Shown here piece by piece: positions 58,269 to 64,000 of a stretch of 64,000 nucleotides of DNA. Both the position numbers and the translations under genes were made by a program. This DNA is from an uncultured Candidatus Rokubacteria bacterium (GTDB lineage: Bacteria > Methylomirabilota > Methylomirabilia > Rokubacteriales > CSP1-6), in contig CAVXJS010000009.1 in NCBI GenBank assembly GCA_963762145.1, forward strand, positions 320,001-384,000, in the 5' to 3' direction. Numbering within the stretch: the first letter of the stretch is position 1; each line of letters starts with the position of its first letter. Under the pieces are notes generated by a model. It worked only from the letters and a program-made list of their open reading frames with translations. It was not told where the DNA came from and searched no databases.

Positions 58269-58669
58269 CCGATCTGACGCCCAATCGCCCCGAGGTGGTC
58301 GCCGAGGTCCGCGCGCTGTTCGAGCGCTACGAGCAGGCGCTGATCGACAAGTCGGTCGACGTGCTCGACGCCACGTTCTGGAACAGCCCCCACACGATCC
58401 GCTACGCGCTGCACGAGAACGGCTACGGGTTCGACGCGATCCACGCCCACCGGGTCGCGCGCCCGCCCGGCCCCGGCATCAAGGAGCAGCGCCTGCGCCT
58501 CGAGATCCTCACGCTCGGGCGCGACCTGGCCACCGTGAACCTCGAGTTCAAGGTGCGCGGCCGCGACCTGGTCGGCCGCCAGAGCCAGACGTGGGTGCGC
58601 TTTCCCGATCTCGGCTGGAAGGTCGTCGCCGCCCACGTCTCCACGATGAACGCAGCGCCGCTCTGGTGA
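58265..58669 (+). CDS. hpxZ: oxalurate catabolism protein HpxZ / AtzH-like
   Basis: PEVVAEVRALFERYEQAL, FWNSPHTIRY, ENGYG, GRQSQTWVRF, GWKVVAAHVS. ATGA overlap with the amidase. Confidence 0.85.
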   Translation: MTDLTPNRPEVVAEVRALFERYEQALIDKSVDVLDATFWNSPHTIRYALHENGYGFDAIHAHRVARPPGPGIKEQRLRLEILTLGRDLATVNLEFKVRGRDLVGRQSQTWVRFPDLGWKVVAAHVSTMNAAPLW

Positions 58670-58715
58670 GCCCGGCGCCACCCTCCGCCGACCGACCGCT
58701 CGGGCCTTCTCTACG

Positions 58716-59144
58716 TCAGCGCGCGCCGCGCGATCGCCCCACGGGAAGCGCCTCGAGGGCGGCCTTGATCAGGAACGCGGCCGCCGCCGAGCCCGCCGCC
58801 GCGAGGATCCGCTGGGTGACCGTAGGCTCCGTCGCCACACGCTCGGGCCGATCGATCATGCGACCGACGGCCTCGCGCAGGCGGCCGCCGCGGGCGAGCA
58901 GGGTGTTCCGACGGCGGGCCCGCCAGACCCCGAGCGCAATCGCGCCCGCCGTCACGGCCCCCATGGCCAGCACGGTCGTGGTGACGCCCAGGGCGTGGCG
59001 CCGAACCTGGAGCCCGACGTCGGTGAGCTCGTGGCCCCGCTGGCTCAATTCCGCGACCCGCGCGGTGAGCTCCTGCCGCTGGCGCATGATCCCGGCCTCG
59101 ATCTGCCGGGGATCGCGCGGCGGCTCCTCCCGGATGTCGGTCAC
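58716..59144 (-). CDS. DUF3618-like small membrane protein
   Basis: RDPRQIEAGIMRQRQELTARVAEL followed by hydrophobic helices. GTGA overlap with the upstream gene. Confidence 0.65.
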   Translation of the reverse strand: MTDIREEPPRDPRQIEAGIMRQRQELTARVAELSQRGHELTDVGLQVRRHALGVTTTVLAMGAVTAGAIALGVWRARRRNTLLARGGRLREAVGRMIDRPERVATEPTVTQRILAAAGSAAAAFLIKAALEALPVGRSRGAR

Positions 59145-60592
59145 GCCACCTGGTCCTTGAGCCATTTCCAATCCGCCTTCAGTGACTTCCGCGTGAGCGC
59201 GAGGGCCGAGCGAGGACGCTGCGCCCAGCCGATGAAGCCGGCGGTCGCCCCCCCGACGAGCACGACTCCGCCCACGAGCAGCGCGGCCAGCCAGCCCGGC
59301 ATGAACGGGACGAGTGCCAGGACCACCGCCACCAGCAGGAGGGTGACGCCGATGATGGCCGCCACCACGGCCAGCACAAGCCCGACCGCGGTCCGGCGCG
59401 CGGCCTTCAGGTCGCTCGCCAGCTCCGCGCTCGCCAGCTCCACCTCGCTCTGGGCGAGCTGCAGGAGCCGGCCACCGACCTCGCCGACCAGCTTCCAGCT
59501 ACTCGGGCCGCCCTCCGTCCGCTTCGTCCCGTTCGTGCGCGCCCGGTCCTCGTATCGCTCCATCGTTTCCTCCTGGTGAATCAACCCGGCGAGCAGCTGT
59601 GGCTTGCCCTCGAGGGCACGGCTCACCTGCAGCGCCTTGCGATAGATGATCTGCCATTCGTCGTACGCGATGGGGAGGGCCTCGATCTCGCGCACGATCT
59701 CCCGGAGGCGCGCCGCGGGCACCGATTCCGGCGGCCCGGTCGTGGTTCCCCGCGCCGCCTGCCACAGGCGCGCGATCCGCCGCTCGATCGCCTGCGCCCG
59801 CGGGTCGGATGTCTGCCAGACGTCGAGATCGCTCACCCCTTCCACGACGAGACCCTGAGCCGGCGCCAGCACATCCGGCCGGCCCCGGATCAGGAGCCCA
59901 CTCGGGTAGAGCGCCAGGGTCAGATCCCGGCCCGCGAAATACGCGAGGTCGGCCGGAACACGGCTCTGGAAGGCGTCGTGATCCATGGCGCTGAGCACCC
60001 GCAGTGGGGCGGTCAGCCACCAGGGAGGCCGGGCACGTCCCACCACCCGGCCATGCTCTTCCAGGATGGTCGGTATCCGCTGCGCGACCTGCGCATACGA
60101 GGCCGCGTCGGTCAGCAGCGGCACCTGCACGTCCTTCCGCCGCCTCGCCGCGGAAATCAATCGCAGGACGGGCACGGTCACCAGGGTGATCGAGAGCGCG
60201 GCGGAGAGGCCGACGGTGATCGGGAACCCGCGGAGGAGCCGGATCGGCCATGACCGCTTCGGCCGATCCTCGGGCTGCCGGGCCGCCATGGCCGCTCCGA
60301 CCGCCAGGGGCACCGCCAGAGCCAGGCCGATCCAGAACCAGCGGACGACCGAGGACGGAACCCACTCTGGAATCGGCACGAACGCCAGCACGTACGCCGC
60401 GACCTTCGGCGCCGCCACCCCCAGGAGCAGCAGCGGCCAGGCGCCGGCCGCCGCCAGCAACGCGGACAGGAAGACCTTCTCGGTCCCACTCGCGTACCCG
60501 AAGATCGCGACGACGGCCCAGTCGAACAGCGCGCTCAGGATCTTCCCGAACGAGCGACTGACGAAGGCGACGAGGGCCTGGATGATCGCCAT
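59141..60592 (-). CDS. membrane protein with C-terminal phage-holin-like (YqjE-type) domain
   Basis: N-terminal multi-TM domain. C-terminal LLQLAQSEVELASAEL...PGWLAALLVGG...TRKSLKADWKWLK. Internal SD+ATG at 59563. Confidence 0.75.
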   Translation of the reverse strand: MAIIQALVAFVSRSFGKILSALFDWAVVAIFGYASGTEKVFLSALLAAAGAWPLLLLGVAAPKVAAYVLAFVPIPEWVPSSVVRWFWIGLALAVPLAVGAAMAARQPEDRPKRSWPIRLLRGFPITVGLSAALSITLVTVPVLRLISAARRRKDVQVPLLTDAASYAQVAQRIPTILEEHGRVVGRARPPWWLTAPLRVLSAMDHDAFQSRVPADLAYFAGRDLTLALYPSGLLIRGRPDVLAPAQGLVVEGVSDLDVWQTSDPRAQAIERRIARLWQAARGTTTGPPESVPAARLREIVREIEALPIAYDEWQIIYRKALQVSRALEGKPQLLAGLIHQEETMERYEDRARTNGTKRTEGGPSSWKLVGEVGGRLLQLAQSEVELASAELASDLKAARRTAVGLVLAVVAAIIGVTLLLVAVVLALVPFMPGWLAALLVGGVVLVGGATAGFIGWAQRPRSALALTRKSLKADWKWLKDQVA

Positions 60593-60604
60593 GCCGGATC
60601 ACAT

Positions 60605-60620
60605 AGCAAACGCCGTGCCC
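60605..60620 (-). promoter_or_regulatory. sigma-54 (-24/-12) promoter for the holin-like/DUF3618 operon
   Basis: Minus strand GGGCACGGCGTTTGCT = GG-N10-GC, 12 nt before the ATG. Confidence 0.75.
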
Positions 60621-60678
60621 GGACAGAACACGAGCGCCGAGAAGCCTCTCGACGCTCGCGTGTCCCTGGAGTCGTGCG

Positions 60679-61140
60679 CTACGGCTTCAGCTGACCGCGA
60701 ATCTCGCCCGCCGGGTTGGCCGCGCTGTGCACGTTGACGTAGAGGTTCCCCGACCGGTAGGAATCGAACTGGGAGCTCGACAGGACCGTGTTGCCGGGAA
60801 CCGACCAGACGTTCGCGCCCGTCTTGACCAGCGGGATGATGACCGGGCCGTTCTGCCCGCTCGCACCCTCGTGGATATGCGCGGCGGTGGCGTTGATGTT
60901 GCTGGTCTCCACCTGCCCGGTGATGACCTTGTCGCCGACGACCGTGATCGAGCTGCGGCCCGACGCCTGGGTGTTCACGGGCGGAACTTCCTGAGCGCCA
61001 CTCAGGACCATCAGGGTCTTGGCGCCGGACGCCTCCATCTTCTTCTCGACCCCTTCCATCTTCGCGCACCCGCTGAGGGCAAGGACCGCCGCGAGGACCG
61101 TTCCCGCCGTCCACATCGTCCGATTCCGTGAAACGCGCAT
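60679..61140 (-). CDS. CHRD-domain lipoprotein
   Basis: Lipobox LALSGC. LSGAQEVPPV, TAAHIH, NGPVIIPL, GNLYVNVHSAANPAGEIRGQL. SD GGAGG. Confidence 0.92.
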   Translation of the reverse strand: MRVSRNRTMWTAGTVLAAVLALSGCAKMEGVEKKMEASGAKTLMVLSGAQEVPPVNTQASGRSSITVVGDKVITGQVETSNINATAAHIHEGASGQNGPVIIPLVKTGANVWSVPGNTVLSSSQFDSYRSGNLYVNVHSAANPAGEIRGQLKP

Positions 61141-61205
61141 TGTCGCCTCCAAGAGTGCTGGGGTTAATAACGGATGGATCGCCGATTTCGCACGCACCGC
61201 CACTT

Positions 61206-61221
61206 AGCAATCGATGTGCCG
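61206..61221 (-). promoter_or_regulatory. sigma-54 (-24/-12) promoter for the CHRD gene
   Basis: Minus strand CGGCACATCGATTGCT. Palindrome CCCGGAA-N5-TTCCGGG at 61308-61326. Confidence 0.75.
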
Positions 61222-61386
61222 CGCGTGCCGAGGCTGCAAGGTCTCGGAGAGATTCGGGTCGGGCCCCCTCGAGTCCGAGCGTCGACATCGGACCCCGGTC
61301 AGGACAACCCGGAAATATCTTCCGGGGGACTCCGTTGACAGCCCGGCCGGCCGCCCGTATGGTGCGGGCACGAGGAGGCCCAACCC

Positions 61387-62256
61387 ATGCTGCAGCGCCA
61401 GGTCGGTGAGGTCGTCATCAATCGCGTCATCGAGTCCGAGCGGCCGGACTTCGACGCCGCCGGGTTCTTCCCGAAGGTCACGCCCGAGCAGTGGGCGCCC
61501 TACCGGGAGCGGCTCGCGGGCTGGGCCATGGACGTAGGCCTGAACGGCCTGGTCTTCCCGATGCAGTCGTTCCTGCTCCGCACGCGGCATCACACCATCG
61601 TGGTGGACACCTGCGTGGGCGACCACAAGGAGCGCGCGCGGCCCAACTGGAACATGACGTCGAGCGGCGACTACCTCAAGCGCTTCGCCGAGACCGGCGT
61701 CCGGCCGGAGCAGGTGGACTTCGTCATGACCACCCACTTCCACACCGACCACGTGGGCTGGAACACGCGGTGGGAGAACGGGCGCTGGGTGCCGACCTTC
61801 CCCAATGCGAAGTACGTCATGTCCGAGAAGGAGTGGACGTACTGGTCGGCCATGCACAAGGAGACGCCCCAGAACCAGATCGCGGACAGCGTGATCCCGA
61901 TCGTCGAGGCGGGCCGCGCCCAGCTCGTGCGCAACGACTTCGCGATCGACGACGAGGTCCGCTTCGAGTCGACCGCCGGGCACACCCCCGACCACATGAG
62001 CGTGCACGTGGAGTCCAATGGCCAGCACGCGGTGATCACGGGCGACCTGATCCACTCCCCGGTGCAGCTCCAGGAAACCGCGTGGGTCACGCGCCCCGAC
62101 TTCGACCCCCAGCAGGCCGCCGCGACCCGGCGCTCCTTCCTCGAGCGCTACTGCGAGCAGGACGTGCTCGTGTGCGCCTCGCACTTCCCCTCGCCCTCCT
62201 TCGGGCGCGTGGTGCGCGAGGGCAACGGGTTCTGGTTCGAGTACGCGAAGGCCTGA
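61387..62256 (+). CDS. MBL-fold metallo-hydrolase
   Basis: VDTCVG, THFHTDHVGWN, PTFPNAKY, GHTPDH, TGDLIH, SHF. Promoter TTGACA-N17-TATGGT and SD GAGGAGG. Confidence 0.92.
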   Translation: MLQRQVGEVVINRVIESERPDFDAAGFFPKVTPEQWAPYRERLAGWAMDVGLNGLVFPMQSFLLRTRHHTIVVDTCVGDHKERARPNWNMTSSGDYLKRFAETGVRPEQVDFVMTTHFHTDHVGWNTRWENGRWVPTFPNAKYVMSEKEWTYWSAMHKETPQNQIADSVIPIVEAGRAQLVRNDFAIDDEVRFESTAGHTPDHMSVHVESNGQHAVITGDLIHSPVQLQETAWVTRPDFDPQQAAATRRSFLERYCEQDVLVCASHFPSPSFGRVVREGNGFWFEYAKA

Positions 62257-63284
62257 TGGCCGCCCGGAAGAAGAACCACGACTGGCTCGCCCTGACCGTC
62301 GAGGAGCCCATCGAGCCTGACCTGCCGATCTGCGACCCGCACCACCACCTGTGGGACGGCGAGACCGCCCGCGTCGTCCCGCGCTATCTCCTCGACGAGA
62401 TCCTGGAGGACACCGGGGCCGGTCACAACGTCGTCTCCACCGTGTTCATCGAGTGCGGCGCGATGTTCAAGCCCGACGGGCCGGAAGCGCTCCGCTCCGT
62501 CGGGGAGACCGAGTTCGTGAACGGCATCGCGGCGATGAGCGCCTCCGGCCTCTACGGCAAGACGCGCGTCGCCGCCGGGATCGTGGGCACCGCCCAGCTG
62601 CGCCTGGGCGCGGCCGCCGCGCCGGTGCTCGACGCGCAGATCGCGGCCGGCGGGGGCCGCTTCCGCGGCATCCGCCTGGGCGCGGCCTGGGACGCCGATC
62701 CGGCGGTACCCAATCATCGCACCCGCCCCCCGCAGGGGATGCTCGGGCACGACGACTTCCGCGCCGGCTTCGCCTTGCTGGCGCCGCGACGACTCACCTT
62801 CGAGGCCTGGTGCTATCACCGCCAGATCCCCGACGTGACCGCGCTGGCCCGCGCCTACCCCGACACCACGATCATCCTCGACCACTTCGGCGGGCCGCCG
62901 GGCGTCGGCGCGTATGCGGGCCGGGCCAAGGAGGTCTACGCGGAGTGGCGCGGCTTCGTCACCGAGCTCGCCACGTGTCCCAACGTGGTGGCCAAGCTCG
63001 GCGGCATCAACATGGAGGTCAACGGCTTCGCCTGGCACGAGCGGCCCCGGCCGCCGTCCAGCCAGGAGCTGGCCGACGCCACGCGGCCCTACTACGAGTA
63101 CACCATCGAGAGGTTCGGCGTGGACCGCTGCATGTTCGAGTCGAACTTCCCGGTGGACGCGGTGAGCTGCAGCTACACGGTCTTGTGGAACTCGTTCAAG
63201 CGCCTCACCGCGAAGTACTCGGCGGCCGAGAAAGCCAAGCTCTACCACGACACCGCGGCGCGAGTGTACCGGCTCGCGTCCTAG
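62256..63284 (+). CDS. amidohydrolase family protein (amidohydrolase_2, lactonase-like)
   Basis: [49 protein letters not shown]. Confidence 0.92.
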   Translation: MAARKKNHDWLALTVEEPIEPDLPICDPHHHLWDGETARVVPRYLLDEILEDTGAGHNVVSTVFIECGAMFKPDGPEALRSVGETEFVNGIAAMSASGLYGKTRVAAGIVGTAQLRLGAAAAPVLDAQIAAGGGRFRGIRLGAAWDADPAVPNHRTRPPQGMLGHDDFRAGFALLAPRRLTFEAWCYHRQIPDVTALARAYPDTTIILDHFGGPPGVGAYAGRAKEVYAEWRGFVTELATCPNVVAKLGGINMEVNGFAWHERPRPPSSQELADATRPYYEYTIERFGVDRCMFESNFPVDAVSCSYTVLWNSFKRLTAKYSAAEKAKLYHDTAARVYRLAS

Positions 63285-64000
63285 TCGGCCAGGTCGGCGA
63301 AGAGCGGCGTGCTCAGGTAGCGCTCGCCGAACGAGGGGATGATCACGACGATCAGCTTCCCCGCGCTCTCCGGCCGGCGCGCGACCTCCACCGCGGCCCA
63401 CAGCGCGGCGCCCGACGAGATCCCGACCAGGAGCCCTTCCTCGCGCGCGGCCCGGCGGGCGGTCGCGAAGGCGTCGTCGTTCTTCACCCGCATGATCTCG
63501 TCGTAGATCTTGGTGTTGAGCACCTCGGGCACGAACCCCGCGCCGATGCCCTGGATCGGATGCGGGCCCTTCGCCCCGCCCGACAGGACCGGCGAGGCGT
63601 CGGGCTCCACCGCCACGCAGCGGAAGCTGGGCTTGCGCGCCTTCAGCACCTCGCCGACCCCGGTGATCGTGCCGCCGGTGCCGATGCCGGCCACCAGCAC
63701 GTCGGCCCGACCGTCGGTGTCCCGCCAGATCTCCTCCGCGGTGGTCCGGCGGTGGATCTCCGGGTTCGCCGGGTTCTGGAACTGCTGGGGGATGAAGTAG
63801 CGTGAGTCGCCGGCCGCCAGCTCCTCCGCCCGCTTGATCGCGCCCGCCATGCCCTCGGCGGCCGGAGTGAGGATGAGCTCGGCCCCGTAGGCGCGCAAGA
63901 GCAGCCGCCGCTCCTTGCTCATGCTCTCCGGCATCGTGAGCGCGAGCTTGTAACCCCGGGCCGCGCAGACGAACGCCAGCCCGATGCCGGTATTGCCGCT
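63281..64000 (-). CDS. cysK: cysteine synthase A (5' end outside window)
   Basis: [65 protein letters not shown]. Confidence 0.95.
   Translation of the reverse strand, partial: SGNTGIGLAFVCAARGYKLALTMPESMSKERRLLLRAYGAELILTPAAEGMAGAIKRAEELAAGDSRYFIPQQFQNPANPEIHRRTTAEEIWRDTDGRADVLVAGIGTGGTITGVGEVLKARKPSFRCVAVEPDASPVLSGGAKGPHPIQGIGAGFVPEVLNTKIYDEIMRVKNDDAFATARRAAREEGLLVGISSGAALWAAVEVARRPESAGKLIVVIIPSFGERYLSTPLFADLAD

Overview
A very GC-rich bacterial chromosomal window with about 55 genes. I found no rRNA, tRNA, CRISPR array, integrase or IS element. The gene style suggests a Candidatus Rokubacteria / Methylomirabilota-like soil bacterium (inference only). Single-base indels cluster in about 4.4-10.0 kb, 25.4 kb, 28.0-30.6 kb and 46.8-47.5 kb and break many genes, which looks like long-read assembly error. 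Content: several sensor kinases (MASE1-PAS hybrid, a QseE/QseG-like pair, a giant poly-HAMP hybrid kinase with a partner), EmrAB efflux, TctABC, a peptide-type binding protein, many catabolic enzymes, an ABC exporter/glycosyltransferase/deacetylase/NodS-like cluster, a GT4-glycogen debranching-Rieske-diheme cytochrome operon, and partial cysK. Main observations beyond the ORF track: (1) an AhpD/CMD-family gene split by an in-frame TGA in a CxxU motif and followed by a SECIS-like hairpin, a probable selenoprotein; (2) eight sigma-54 (-24/-12) promoters in front of general-stress-type and signalling genes, three sharing a GGAA-N5-TTCC upstream element, suggesting a sigma-54 general stress regulon; (3) a three-gene operon of M15 peptidoglycan peptidase, alpha/beta-hydrolase-subtilase fusion and membrane-anchored DUF2235 phospholipase, a candidate lysis/conflict system; (4) many apparently leaderless genes; (5) an unexplained multi-helix intergenic RNA-like structure before a lower-GC AI-2E gene.
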